Source: Ktedonosporobacter sp.
GTDB lineage: Bacteria > Chloroflexota > Ktedonobacteria > Ktedonobacterales > Ktedonobacteraceae
DNA length: 64,000 bases
Reading direction: 5' to 3'
NCBI GenBank assembly: GCA_035293765.1
Contig: DATGMF010000079.1
Location: 1-64,000 of the forward strand
Positions 28,257-37,905 of the stretch are shown here, piece by piece. The notes below the pieces were generated by a model that had not been told where the DNA came from, made no database searches, and worked only from the letters and a program-made list of their open reading frames with translations. How positions within the stretch are numbered: position 1 is the first letter of the stretch; each line of letters begins with the position of its first letter. Made by a program: the position numbers and the translations under genes.

Positions 28257-29204
28257 TTGCTTGCACGAAATGCAAATGGCAGCCACTATGCTACTCGTTT
28301 ACGCGTCCTGTTGTTACTGGCGATCTTGCTTTTCCCCCTGCTTGTAAGCTGTGGTGCAGATTCTCAGAATACTCCTCTGTCCGATAAGCCAACTATGCAA
28401 GCCGGACAGGTCTCCGCGACGCAGCCTGTGCCAACCTCCGCACCTCTGTCACCCACCTCAACTGCACAGCCATCAATCCTGCAAGGGCCGACAAATTTTC
28501 TCCTCACCCCCCCTCTCGCCTTTTCCAGTGCGAGCGGAGCTACTATGGACAATAACGGGGCGATCACTCCACTGGACGCGAATACGATAAAAACACAGAT
28601 TACTGCGGAACTGAAACGCCTCCTTTTTGTGGTAGACAGCCATAATGGCGTCAAAGTCTACAGCCCGGGAACATCACCGGTCACAGCCCAGGTAACACAC
28701 AATGCCGACGGCAGCATAGCTATCAACTATCAACAGACGGTAGACTCTGAAGCGGGGTCTGTAGCCATCACATTCGATGGGGTGCTGCTCAAGCAGCAAA
28801 TAACCGTGACCTATGATCAACAATATTCGCCTTCAATACTCATTAATGCCAATGCCAGCGAGGTAACGGTTGCCCTGACCGCGGCTGTGCGCTGGGTATC
28901 AGCAAACCAGATACCCGCCGCACCGGGGAACGGGAGCTATCGGCTCACGAGTAGCGGTGGCATTGCTCTCGCCTGGTCGGCGGGCCAGAATGCTGCCGCG
29001 TATAATGTCTATCGTCTGATCTCTGACCGCGATCAGCAGTTTCAGCTCCTGGCTACGGTAAAAGCTACCGCATATACCGACAACTCAGCCGCCGCCGCAC
29101 AATATGTCAACTCCCCAAAGGGCATCACCTACGCGGTCTTCTCCATTGGGCCAACCAATGTCGAAAATCCCGGGGGGATGGTTATAGTTGTGGCGACACA
29201 GTAG
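28257..29204 (+). CDS. hypothetical lipoprotein (lipobox LVSC) with Ser/Thr/Pro-rich linker
   Basis: MLARNANGSHYATRLRVLLLLAILLFPLLVSCGADSQN.... TTG start preceded by RBS aaaggaga; no recognisable catalytic domain. Confidence 0.55.
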   Translation: MLARNANGSHYATRLRVLLLLAILLFPLLVSCGADSQNTPLSDKPTMQAGQVSATQPVPTSAPLSPTSTAQPSILQGPTNFLLTPPLAFSSASGATMDNNGAITPLDANTIKTQITAELKRLLFVVDSHNGVKVYSPGTSPVTAQVTHNADGSIAINYQQTVDSEAGSVAITFDGVLLKQQITVTYDQQYSPSILINANASEVTVALTAAVRWVSANQIPAAPGNGSYRLTSSGGIALAWSAGQNAAAYNVYRLISDRDQQFQLLATVKATAYTDNSAAAAQYVNSPKGITYAVFSIGPTNVENPGGMVIVVATQ

Positions 29205-29247
29205 GAAGTTTAGAGGAGTCAGGCTTCTCGAAGATAGGTGCATTTGC

Positions 29248-29287
29248 GAGTCACAATCCCCACGAAGCTTCGTGGGGATTGTGACTC
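29248..29287. promoter_or_regulatory. perfect 40-bp palindrome (20-bp arms) between convergent lipoprotein and anti-sigma genes
   Basis: gagtcacaatccccacgaag|cttcgtggggattgtgactc. Neither strand has a following U-tract, so it may be a protein-binding site rather than a simple intrinsic terminator. Confidence 0.5.
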
Positions 29288-29293
29288 AAAAAC

Positions 29294-30787
29294 TCAGGAA
29301 AGCTGCCAGATGCTGACTGTGTTCTGCAAGAGCTCCTTCTGACCCAGTTCAGCAGAAATGTTGGTCGTAGTGGCAAGCATTGTGCTGTCCGGTGACCAGG
29401 CCAGTGTCGGAATAAAAGCAGGCTTACTGGTCTTGCCAAAGGTCGCAACAATCTTTTGTGCTTTCACATCCCAGATGTGGATAGCGCTGCCGCTCTCAGC
29501 CAGATATTTCCCATTTGGTGACCAGGCCAGCGAGCCAATAACCTTTGCCCAGGTATCGCTATCTTTAAAGGATGCGGTGAGTTGACCGCTTGCAACCGAC
29601 CAGATTTGCACCTCGGGAGTATCAGGTAAGCCCAGTGCAAGAAAAGCTCCATCCGGTGACCAGGCCAGTGCGCTCACGCTCACCAGATTAGCAGGCTGGT
29701 GGTAAGCAATGCTGTTGACCAGGTTACCACTCGCAATATTCCAGATCTCCACGCCGCCATTTACCGTCTGTACAGCGACATACTTCCCATCGGGGGAGAT
29801 GGGTAACATGCCAACATTCTGACCCAGAAGCTTTTTACCAGGACTCAATGTGATCGTCGTGCGAATGAGCGCTCCGGTGCTGGCATTCCATATCTGCATG
29901 AGTATAGGGCTAGCGGTGCCCGATGCTGCGAAGTTACCGGCCTTCGGCGTGAATGTCTGGACGGCAGAAATTATTGTTTCATTGGATAACCATGCTGACT
30001 GCTCAATAGCATTGTTATGCCCATTCCCTTGAAAGCTGGCGATGACACGTCCAGTGGTGGCATCGAGCACTTCTGCTTCGTATGCCCCGGTCAGCACTAA
30101 CAGGCGTTTCCCATCTGGTGACCAGGCAGCCTGCTGCGCATACGGTAATAAGTTTGCGGATTTGGTTGCACAGTTTTGTGCGGATACCGTTTTGAGATTA
30201 TAATAGGTCACGGCAAGCTGGCCGGTAGGAGACCAGTCCAGCGTGGGCTGGTGCAGAAACGGATAGCCGGTCCCGTTATCTGAGAAACTACATAATAGCA
30301 TCCCGGAGCTCAATGCTTTTTGCACTGTACCCGTCTGCGTTGTCGGCTTGTTATGAGTAGTCGATTGCCGCAACGAGGAAGAGAGCAGTACCCAGCTCAC
30401 GATGATGATCAAAACGGCTGCTACAGCCACAGCAGTGCTTAATATATTGCGGAGAGCGTGACGAGAGCGCCTCGTAGACCATGAATCGGAAGTCGAGAAT
30501 CTCGTTCCCTGCGAAGTATCTTCTTGCATTGTTTTTCCTTTTCTCAAAAACTGCTCGCCTTCAGGTGACTTGTGCCGTGCCTCCTGAAGCAGAGCAGGAT
30601 GCCCCTGACTCTGAACAAAGCGATTCCATATTCGCTCCAAAGACTGCTCGTTTTCTCGGGCATAGGTCTGGGAACTCGCATACAAAGCCTGGATCAAGCG
30701 GCGCTCGTCCCGTGAAAGATCTTGTGACCAGCGTTTAGTCTGTGCATCTATTGCCTCTGGGGTAAAGCCGTTCTCATGTTCTTTCAT
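29294..30787 (-). CDS. anti-sigma-factor-like membrane protein with extracytoplasmic WD40/PD40 beta-propeller
   Basis: 125-aa cytoplasmic N-domain, TM helix AVAVAAVLIIIVSWVLL, then repeated AWSPDG / LAWSPNGKYLA / LAWSPDSTML propeller blades. Overlaps the upstream ECF sigma gene by 4 nt. Confidence 0.7.
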   Translation of the reverse strand: MKEHENGFTPEAIDAQTKRWSQDLSRDERRLIQALYASSQTYARENEQSLERIWNRFVQSQGHPALLQEARHKSPEGEQFLRKGKTMQEDTSQGTRFSTSDSWSTRRSRHALRNILSTAVAVAAVLIIIVSWVLLSSSLRQSTTHNKPTTQTGTVQKALSSGMLLCSFSDNGTGYPFLHQPTLDWSPTGQLAVTYYNLKTVSAQNCATKSANLLPYAQQAAWSPDGKRLLVLTGAYEAEVLDATTGRVIASFQGNGHNNAIEQSAWLSNETIISAVQTFTPKAGNFAASGTASPILMQIWNASTGALIRTTITLSPGKKLLGQNVGMLPISPDGKYVAVQTVNGGVEIWNIASGNLVNSIAYHQPANLVSVSALAWSPDGAFLALGLPDTPEVQIWSVASGQLTASFKDSDTWAKVIGSLAWSPNGKYLAESGSAIHIWDVKAQKIVATFGKTSKPAFIPTLAWSPDSTMLATTTNISAELGQKELLQNTVSIWQLS

Positions 30788-31332
30788 CGTTTCTCACCTT
30801 TTTCCCAGTCTTTGTAGAACCTCCGCAGGCTCTGGAGTGTACGGAACAGGATCATCCGTACTGCTCCCGCGCTTTTTTCGACAGCAGGGGCTATTTCCTC
30901 ACATTTCAGGCCATGGCCAAACCGCAAGCGCAACACCTCTTGCTGAAGTTCTGGCAGGGCTCGTATCGTGCTAGAAAGCCAGATGAACTCTTCGCGTTGA
31001 AGACTGATCTGCTCTGGAGCCTGGTGCTCGTCTTCACAAAATGACTCGGAGAGCCATTCTATGGGAACGTATGGGTGACGAATGGAACGCCGGTAGTAAT
31101 CCACAACTTTGTTGCGAGTAATGGTCCAGAGCCAGGCCTCTTGCTTTTTCGCATCGAAGGTCGGAAACCGTTTGTTCTGTAAAACAGAGAGAAAGACCTC
31201 TAGCACAATATCTTCAGCGTCTTCGCGTGATGCAGTTTGCTGATAGACATAGGCGAAAAGGCTCGAAGCATAATGGCGGTAGAGTTCCGCATAGAGTGAG
31301 TGCTCCAAAAGTTCAGCTTCCTTGTGTTGCAT
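30784..31332 (-). CDS. ECF-type RNA polymerase sigma-70 factor
   Basis: Region 2 YRHYASSLFAYVYQQTASREDAEDIVLEVFLSV and region 4 LPELQQEVLRLRFGHGLKCEEIAPAVEKSAGAVRMILFRTLQSLRRF. Confidence 0.85.
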   Translation of the reverse strand: MQHKEAELLEHSLYAELYRHYASSLFAYVYQQTASREDAEDIVLEVFLSVLQNKRFPTFDAKKQEAWLWTITRNKVVDYYRRSIRHPYVPIEWLSESFCEDEHQAPEQISLQREEFIWLSSTIRALPELQQEVLRLRFGHGLKCEEIAPAVEKSAGAVRMILFRTLQSLRRFYKDWEKGEKR

Positions 31333-31551
31333 ATCTATCCTCTAGAGGTTTTTGAGATCTCATCAGGTATCTCGTCCAGAAGCGAAAAATGTCACACACT
31401 CAAAAAGAGAAATCAAAAACGGAGAGAAAAATGATGAAGCTGCCGAGGAAAAAAGAGGATAAGAATCTACTCAGAAAGAGCAAGCTACAGAGCTATGAGC
31501 ATAGGCGCCCATAGCTCTGCATATACAAACCAGACCGTTCCGGTACAAAGA

Positions 31552-33087
31552 TTACGATGTACTACAGGCCGCTCCATTGAGCGTGAAGGCGGTGGGCACC
31601 GTGTTGCTGCCACTCCAGTTGGCATTAAAGCCTGGAGGCGAGCTCAGCGTCGCTCCCGCCGGAATAGAGCCGTTATAGGACAGGTTGGTGATCGTTACCG
31701 TTGCGCCACTTTGCGTAAAATTCCCATTCCACAGTTGCGTGATCGTCTGCCCATTGGCGAAGCTAAAGCGCAAAGTCCAGCCGTTGATCGCCGTCGTGCC
31801 CGTGTTGGTGATCGTGAAGCTCGCCCCAAAGCCGGTATTCCACTGATTGGTGATCGTATACACCACTTTGCAGCTCGCGCCGCCGGTTGGGGTCGGTGTC
31901 GGGCTTGGGGTAGAGGTGGGAGTTGCTGTTGGCGTATTCGTGGGCGTGTTTGTCGGTGTGGGCGTAGGCGTGCCGCCACCACCTAGAGAAAGAAGGTGGG
32001 CTTTATACCCTGCCCCATAGTTCGTGGGAGTGCCGGTATAGTCGGCAAGCAGCGACGGCGTGCCGCCGCAATTCCCCGTCACCGTCCAGGTCCAGGCCAT
32101 GTAGCCGGTGCTGTGCTGATCGAGCCAGGTCGTGAGCGTATTAATAAAGCCTGAGGCACAGTCATTCTCGCCGATCTCGCCAGCCAGAACGGGCACCTGT
32201 GCGATTACCGGCGCGATTTGTGAGTCCCAACAACTTGTATTAGAACAGGCATTAAAGTTGTAGATATGCGTCGAGGCCGCCAGATTGTTCTGCGGATCGC
32301 TAGGCTTGTTTGCCAGCCATTGCGAGAGATCATTGGAGAAGGCCAGTCCTCCCAGCATCAGTACGTTGGTCGCACCGGTCGCACGGACCGTATTGACCAG
32401 CGTTTGCATCCCCGCCACAGCGAAACCAACGCCTGAGCATGCGCCGGACTGGGGAGCCGTGCTGCCGTTGAGCCAGCAGGACCAGCTCACGTCGTGCGGC
32501 TCATTGTACAGATCGAAGATCACCGAAGAGTTGCTCTTAAATGTATTGGCAACCGAGGTCCAGAAGGCGGGAGCGTGATCCAGGTCTGGCATCATCTGCT
32601 GACCGGTGGACTGATTGGTACCGGAATTATTCCAGTGCAAATCCAGGATCACGATCTGGCCGTTGGCGTTTAGTAAATTCACCCAGTTGACAATATCTGA
32701 CTGATACTGGGCCGCGGTTTTGTTGTTGGCGGGAAATCCATTGATACCAAGCCAGCAGTCTTCGTTCAGGGGGACACGGACGATATTGGTGCCCCAGGCG
32801 ACCATAGCACTGACAGTAGCCTGATCAATTGGCCCATCAAAGTCGGTGGGAGCGTTGGTCGCGCTCTTGGTACACTGGTATTCTGTGCCCATGCGATCAA
32901 CGCCGTGAGGCACAATGACATGACCACTGCCATCCTCAAGTTTATTGCCAACGACGTGCAGCCCCGTCGGCACGCTGGCTGCTTTGACCGAGCCTGGCGG
33001 TCGTGATGTGAAGATCATTGCCGCCGAGCAGAGAAGCAGAGCTACAACGGCGAGCATCAATAGTCGAAAGCGTTTTTTGCTTTGCAT
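31552..33087 (-). CDS. GH5 endoglucanase with C-terminal CBM2
   Basis: GH5 acid/base motif VIFDLYNEPHD; nucleophile region VLAGEIGENDC. PT-linker plus CBM2 ([25 protein letters not shown]...). Signal peptide present; RBS aaggagga. Confidence 0.9.
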   Translation of the reverse strand: MQSKKRFRLLMLAVVALLLCSAAMIFTSRPPGSVKAASVPTGLHVVGNKLEDGSGHVIVPHGVDRMGTEYQCTKSATNAPTDFDGPIDQATVSAMVAWGTNIVRVPLNEDCWLGINGFPANNKTAAQYQSDIVNWVNLLNANGQIVILDLHWNNSGTNQSTGQQMMPDLDHAPAFWTSVANTFKSNSSVIFDLYNEPHDVSWSCWLNGSTAPQSGACSGVGFAVAGMQTLVNTVRATGATNVLMLGGLAFSNDLSQWLANKPSDPQNNLAASTHIYNFNACSNTSCWDSQIAPVIAQVPVLAGEIGENDCASGFINTLTTWLDQHSTGYMAWTWTVTGNCGGTPSLLADYTGTPTNYGAGYKAHLLSLGGGGTPTPTPTNTPTNTPTATPTSTPSPTPTPTGGASCKVVYTITNQWNTGFGASFTITNTGTTAINGWTLRFSFANGQTITQLWNGNFTQSGATVTITNLSYNGSIPAGATLSSPPGFNANWSGSNTVPTAFTLNGAACSTS

Positions 33088-33273
33088 GTATTCCTCCTTA
33101 ATGCATTTCCGCTTGACATCTTCGGATTCGATGGTATACTTCCCCTCAAAAGGGGCGGCGGAAGCCAGTGGCTATCACGACCTGCTTGAGGGTACTGAAA
33201 ATTAATCAGGCGAGGTGAATGTGACGTCATAAAAAACCGCTGTACGTACATAGCTAGGGAAGCCCGTTACAAA

Positions 33274-33295
33274 GGCGACTGAGCATTCAGTCGCC
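33274..33295 (-). terminator. short hairpin downstream of the GH-A gene (weak U-tract)
   Basis: Minus RNA reads GGCGACUGA-AUGC-UCAGUCGCC-UUUGU, 21 nt after the stop. Confidence 0.4.
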
Positions 33296-33316
33296 TTGCC
33301 ACAAGCCAGGGATTGC

Positions 33317-35314
33317 TCATGAGGTGCTGCATGCAGCACCGTTGAGCGTAAACGAGGTCGGGTTGAGATTGCTGCCGCTCCAGGAGGCGTTGAAGCCAGG
33401 GGGGGAGCTCAAAGTGGCTCCCGCCGGGATCGAGCCGTTATAGGACAGGTTGCTGATCGTCACCGCCGCGCCATTTTGCGTAAAATTGCCGTTCCACAAT
33501 TGCGTAATTGTTTGCCCATTGGCGAAACTAAATTGCAAATTCCAACCGTTAATTGCCGTTGTGCCCGTATTGGTGATCGCGAAGCTCGCGCCAAAGCCGG
33601 TGTTCCACTGATTCGTCACTGTATACACTACCTTGCAGCTCACTCCTGAAGGCGTCGGGCTGGGCGTCGGACTCGGCGTATTGGTAGGTGTCGCTGTGGG
33701 CGTATTGGTGGGCGTGGGTGTGGGCGTTCCTCCCGTGCCTGGCTGTAAAACAATCGTCGTGAGCGAATACGGTGCGATACTGATGCCGCTGAGCGAGCCC
33801 TGGGCTGAGCTGATTGAGTTGCTGCTCTGACCGTAGGTGTAAAGCGTCGCGTTGGCAGCCGCGCTGTAGCCATTGAGCGAGAGAGCCACCGTGTACGTGG
33901 TACCAGGATCTTTGTTGATCAAGAGCAGTGCCAGATTGCCATTGGCCTGCTTGACCGCGTGGACCGCTACCAGGCTTTGATTAGACGAGGAGGAGACCAT
34001 CGTATCCCCCGGGCCAAACAGGTGAGAGAGCATCTGCAAGCCATAATATGGTGGGAATGGGGTATCTGCTGGCGGCTCAGTGATGCCTCCAGACGAACTG
34101 CCATTGGATAAGACGCCCATATCCCCGTAGTTGGCCGTGCCATAGAGGCTGGAGCTATTGTCCCCGCTGGTCACGATGCCATTGTGCTCCGCCCACCAGT
34201 CCACGTTGAAGACGCCGTTTTCCAGCCAGGTCATATACGCGTCGGCCAGAAAGAGGCCATTGACCAGGCTGACCGTTTGCTTACCAGGAGGGAAGCCGCC
34301 GCCGTTCGAGTTCATTTCGGTCACGGCAATGCCGACCTGGCTGGCTCTGGAGCCAAGATATTGCCCATAGAGCGAGCGCAGCGTCGCGACCTTGCCGGCA
34401 ATTTCCGCCGGACTGCCGAGCAAGCCAGCGTCGCTGTAGTTGCCGCCAGAGGCGTAATCGGTGTACCAGTGAATGTCGCCGAAGTCTATAAAGGGGCCGG
34501 CGATAGAGAGCACGGTATGATTCCAGTCCATCGTATCGCCATCATTAGTATCAACGACCCCATCAGGCCAATCGCCAGGAGTCGTCAGCACCACACCAAC
34601 CTTGATGGTCGGGTCAACAGCTTTCATGGCCTGGATGATCTGTACAGCATTCTGAGCGTAGGCGGTGGCTCCCTTCTTCGAATGGATGTCATATTCCCAG
34701 TTGGCGGTATAACTGCCATTGCCGTAAACTTCGTTGCCAACCTCCCAGTATTTGATACCGTAGGTATGGCCTGTACTGCTGCCTCCTGTATAGGTGGGAA
34801 CCGGACCATTATAGCCAGGACCCCCTTTGTTAGCGTACTGCACCCAGTTGGCGGCTTCCTGCGCTGTGCCTGAGCCATAGTTCACGGTAACGATTGGCTG
34901 CGCATCGGACCCGACCGCCTGAACAGCGCCCATGAAGGCATCAAAGGTATTGCTGGGATTGGCAAAGCTCTGGCCCGGTACCGTTGTATTCGACTGCCAA
35001 TGGTAGACATCCGAGGTCGAGCCGCCGGGATAGCGTATGGTTTTGACGTTGGCGCTCTTGAGCAAGGTGGCCGCTGTAGCATCGAGCATATTCCCATTCC
35101 AGACGGCGGTATTGATGCCCTCGCTTGCAGTGGTGAAAGTGCCAAGCGACTGGCCGGCATTGATAGTGATCTGGGCGCTGGTGGCTGCGACCGCGTGCCC
35201 CAATGGGCTAAATAGCACGATGGAGAAGATCAAAATGCAACACATTGCCGCGCAAGCAATCACTGTGTTGCTCCTGGGGGACAGATACGAACTGACGAAC
35301 AACTTCCTTGTCAT
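33317..35314 (-). CDS. clan GH-A (beta/alpha)8 glycoside hydrolase (GH5/GH30/GH44/GH51-like; family unassigned) with C-terminal CBM2
   Basis: IRYPGGSTSDVYHWQ and GIKYWEVGNEVYG (acid/base NE motif) are typical of clan GH-A. C-terminal PT-linker plus CBM2 ([25 protein letters not shown]...). Confidence 0.8.
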   Translation of the reverse strand: MTRKLFVSSYLSPRSNTVIACAAMCCILIFSIVLFSPLGHAVAATSAQITINAGQSLGTFTTASEGINTAVWNGNMLDATAATLLKSANVKTIRYPGGSTSDVYHWQSNTTVPGQSFANPSNTFDAFMGAVQAVGSDAQPIVTVNYGSGTAQEAANWVQYANKGGPGYNGPVPTYTGGSSTGHTYGIKYWEVGNEVYGNGSYTANWEYDIHSKKGATAYAQNAVQIIQAMKAVDPTIKVGVVLTTPGDWPDGVVDTNDGDTMDWNHTVLSIAGPFIDFGDIHWYTDYASGGNYSDAGLLGSPAEIAGKVATLRSLYGQYLGSRASQVGIAVTEMNSNGGGFPPGKQTVSLVNGLFLADAYMTWLENGVFNVDWWAEHNGIVTSGDNSSSLYGTANYGDMGVLSNGSSSGGITEPPADTPFPPYYGLQMLSHLFGPGDTMVSSSSNQSLVAVHAVKQANGNLALLLINKDPGTTYTVALSLNGYSAAANATLYTYGQSSNSISSAQGSLSGISIAPYSLTTIVLQPGTGGTPTPTPTNTPTATPTNTPSPTPSPTPSGVSCKVVYTVTNQWNTGFGASFAITNTGTTAINGWNLQFSFANGQTITQLWNGNFTQNGAAVTISNLSYNGSIPAGATLSSPPGFNASWSGSNLNPTSFTLNGAACSTS

Positions 35315-35454
35315 TGCAATTCTCTTTCCTTTAAACCTTACTTTGTAAGCTCACTGTGCAAGTTTTCGTAAGTCCCCTGCGGGGATGCTGCTATTCGCGG
35401 CGCCGAGAGGAGTTTTGGAACCCCCCCAGGCCCTGGGGTCACACTAAGAAGGAA

Positions 35455-35590
35455 ATGTAATCGTTCACGGTAACGTTTACAGTGAATGATAAAAACATGT
35501 AAGGTATCGAGCGGGCTGGTTTTGTCTGTAGTGTAGCTAATCTTTCGTTAACATACAATGACAGTCACTAGACACACTGTGGACAGAATG
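35455..35590. promoter_or_regulatory. paralogous copy of the conserved cellulase upstream module (see 23838-23972)
   Basis: Same blocks in the same order and at the same distance from the GH-A start codon. In gene orientation it gives TTGTAT-17-TACACT followed by a GTAAACGTTACCGTGAACG palindrome-like element. Confidence 0.5.
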
Positions 35591-35686
35591 TTGCTGTGCA
35601 TAAATATGAGCACCTGAGGGGAGCTTGAGGCTGGCTCCGTCAGGTGCTCATTTGTGGGTCTCGCGCTATGACTTTTCAGGGGTTGT

Positions 35687-36652
35687 TTACGGGCCTGTCA
35701 TGACACAACTGCCTCTGGCATTATCCCATTCTCTCTGGACCTCATAGGTATGGCCATTGACGGTGAGATCGCCATTGTTTGCGTTGAGCGGACCAAAGTT
35801 GAAATTACACTTGTCGCCGATCTCATTGCCATTCCTGTCAAACCAGGCGTTGAGCAATGGGTCAGTGGCCGTTTCGATCTCCTCGTGCGAACTGACATTG
35901 ATCGTCAGGTCAGCGTCGTCGTTGTTCGGTTCGGTCTGACCTGGCGCACGGCAGCTAAAGCTCGCAGCATAGGGCATCGCGGCATACTGCGTGTTCGTGC
36001 CAAATGTGCTGTGATAGGCACAAAATACATTGCTTGCGCACTGTGAGAGCGTGCTGTCGAAGCACAGGTCCTGATTCCTTTGCAGGAAGACGAAGAATAC
36101 GTTATTGACCGCCGAGGCCCAGCCGTTGATACTCTGCGCGCGGCTCACCTCGTTCTGGATATCGCTGTCCAGCAAGGGGCTTTCAGGATACGCAATGGTA
36201 TCTACAAACGTTCCGGCTAGATGCGCATTGGAGGGAGCTCCTCCGCCCGTCTGGGTGTACTGGGTGTTGTTGTGGTACAGTCCGGTACTGCCTATATCGC
36301 CGAAGAACTGCTGAAGCAGGCTATTGTACCGCGCAGATACGTTACCCGTGGGCTCCCAGAAAATCGCAAAGATATTGGCCGTTCCTGCCTGGACTGGTCC
36401 GCCGTGATACGTCAGGTTGTTCCGCGCAAGCGGCTGACTTGCCTGCGCATGCTGCACCACTACATGCGTCTGGAAGTGCGCAGTATGAAGCGGTGCGACT
36501 GATGCATTTACGCTCAATGGTGACGCAAATGCAAGCAACAGGAGGGCCAGGGTAACAAAAGGTGTGAGAAGAAGCATACGTGCTGTCTGTTTCACCGAGA
36601 AACTCCTTGTGTCTTTTGGCATGGCGACACGCACCAGTATGGTAGAGGGCAA
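35687..36652 (-). CDS. secreted PHI-1/EXORDIUM-like (Phi_1 family) protein
   Basis: LTYHGGPVQAGTANIFAIFWEPTG parallels plant EXO [23 protein letters not shown]. The later CAYH... and PNNDDADLTINVSSHEE parallel EXO CAWPFH / PNNDVGVDGMVIN. N-terminal signal peptide present. Confidence 0.55.
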   Translation of the reverse strand: MPSTILVRVAMPKDTRSFSVKQTARMLLLTPFVTLALLLLAFASPLSVNASVAPLHTAHFQTHVVVQHAQASQPLARNNLTYHGGPVQAGTANIFAIFWEPTGNVSARYNSLLQQFFGDIGSTGLYHNNTQYTQTGGGAPSNAHLAGTFVDTIAYPESPLLDSDIQNEVSRAQSINGWASAVNNVFFVFLQRNQDLCFDSTLSQCASNVFCAYHSTFGTNTQYAAMPYAASFSCRAPGQTEPNNDDADLTINVSSHEEIETATDPLLNAWFDRNGNEIGDKCNFNFGPLNANNGDLTVNGHTYEVQREWDNARGSCVMTGP

Positions 36653-36860
36653 GAGGGCAAATAGGCCTCAATAAGCTGTCCCATAGGAAGACCAGCTCTA
36701 TTTATCCATAAAAATAAGTATATGCATCGTGACTTCGCTGCGGCTTACACAGAGAAGACACCTCTTTCCCGTATCTGAGTGAACAAGCTGAAGATTGGTA
36801 TAAGATTATCTTGTATAAGAAACGCGGTCAAATCAGCTTTCTCAAACTTTCAGGCTGACT

Positions 36861-37421
36861 TTGCAATCTAACCTGCGCAACCTACTGTATAAGTTGCGTA
36901 AGGCCCTGCCCGTGATTGATCACTTTCTCATTTTGCAAGAGGAGGAACAGGACCTTTCCGCGGCTATCGAGACTGCTCAACGGTTGCTGCGTTCCGACCC
37001 GCTTCAAGAGACAGCTTATAGCCATTTGATGCGCCTCTACGTAGCGCATGGGGACCGAGCTGCTGCGCTGCGTACCTATCACGCGTGTACCACTGTACTG
37101 GAACGCGAACTGAGTGTTGCGCCTGGCGTGGTAATCCGAGAGAGCTACGCGCGTTTGCTCCAGGCAGAAAAACGAGTAGCTCCTCCAAGAACTACACCGT
37201 CTACCAGGTTGAAAGGGAGAGCCCCTCTGGTCGGGCGCGAGTCGGAGTGGGCCCGGCTTCGGGTGTCCTGGCAACGTACACTGGCTGGTCGCTCGCACAT
37301 GGTCCTGCTCATCGGAGAAGCCGGCATGGGTAAAACCTATCTGGTCGAGGAACTGCAAGCCTGGGTGGAGCGGCAAGGGATAGCCACTGCTAGGCAATGG
37401 TGCATCTTTGAGCAAGCATAG
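36861..37421 (+). pseudogene. fragment of a SARP/AfsR-type regulator (BTAD domain + start of P-loop NTPase), lacking DNA-binding and C-terminal domains
   Basis: BTAD: AIETAQRLLRSDPLQETAYSHLMRLYVAHGDRAAALRTYHACTTVLERELSVAPG. P-loop: LVGRESEWARLRVSWQRTLAGRSHMVLLIGEAGMGKTYLVEEL. No wHTH upstream. The ORF stops after 186 aa, then the frame shifts into 37408-37902. Confidence 0.6.
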
Positions 37422-37905
37422 TGGGAGCACTGATCCCATTCGCTTTATTCAGCGCCTGGCAGCCTGTGGCTATCCTCTCGTAGAGAATGCCTGTATTTCC
37501 CTGTTTCTCTTGCATCCAGATCTTGCGCCATCCGTTGTGGCCGCGCTCCAGTGCAGTGAGCCTGCCGTCGCGGAACATATCGCGGTACTCACACTGGCTA
37601 CTCTCTACCTCCAACAATGGTGGTTCTTTCGCTTGGCATTTGCCTTTGGCCGTCTCCCGTGCTTTCCTGAACCCCCGTTTGTGGCCCTTTGGGAGGAACG
37701 TGGTTTACCCTCCCCTGATTCTGGGTACGGATTGCATGGACTGCTGGCATTGCAAGAGTATCAGCGCCAGAGATACGGCGTTCCCCTGAACTTTCTCGGC
37801 GACTGGCAGAATCAGATCAATCATCTGCTTGCTCAAGAGGAAGCCTATCGTCGTGAACTGCCAGGCGAACTGAAGGAAGCACTGGTACAACTTAGCGCCT
37901 GAGGA

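Noticed and set aside
33103-33135. Plus-strand TTGACA-17-TATACT promoter-like sequence between GH5 and GH-A genes
   Set aside because: Both neighbouring genes are on the minus strand, so the element would drive only antisense transcription. It is more likely a chance match in an AT-richer spacer.
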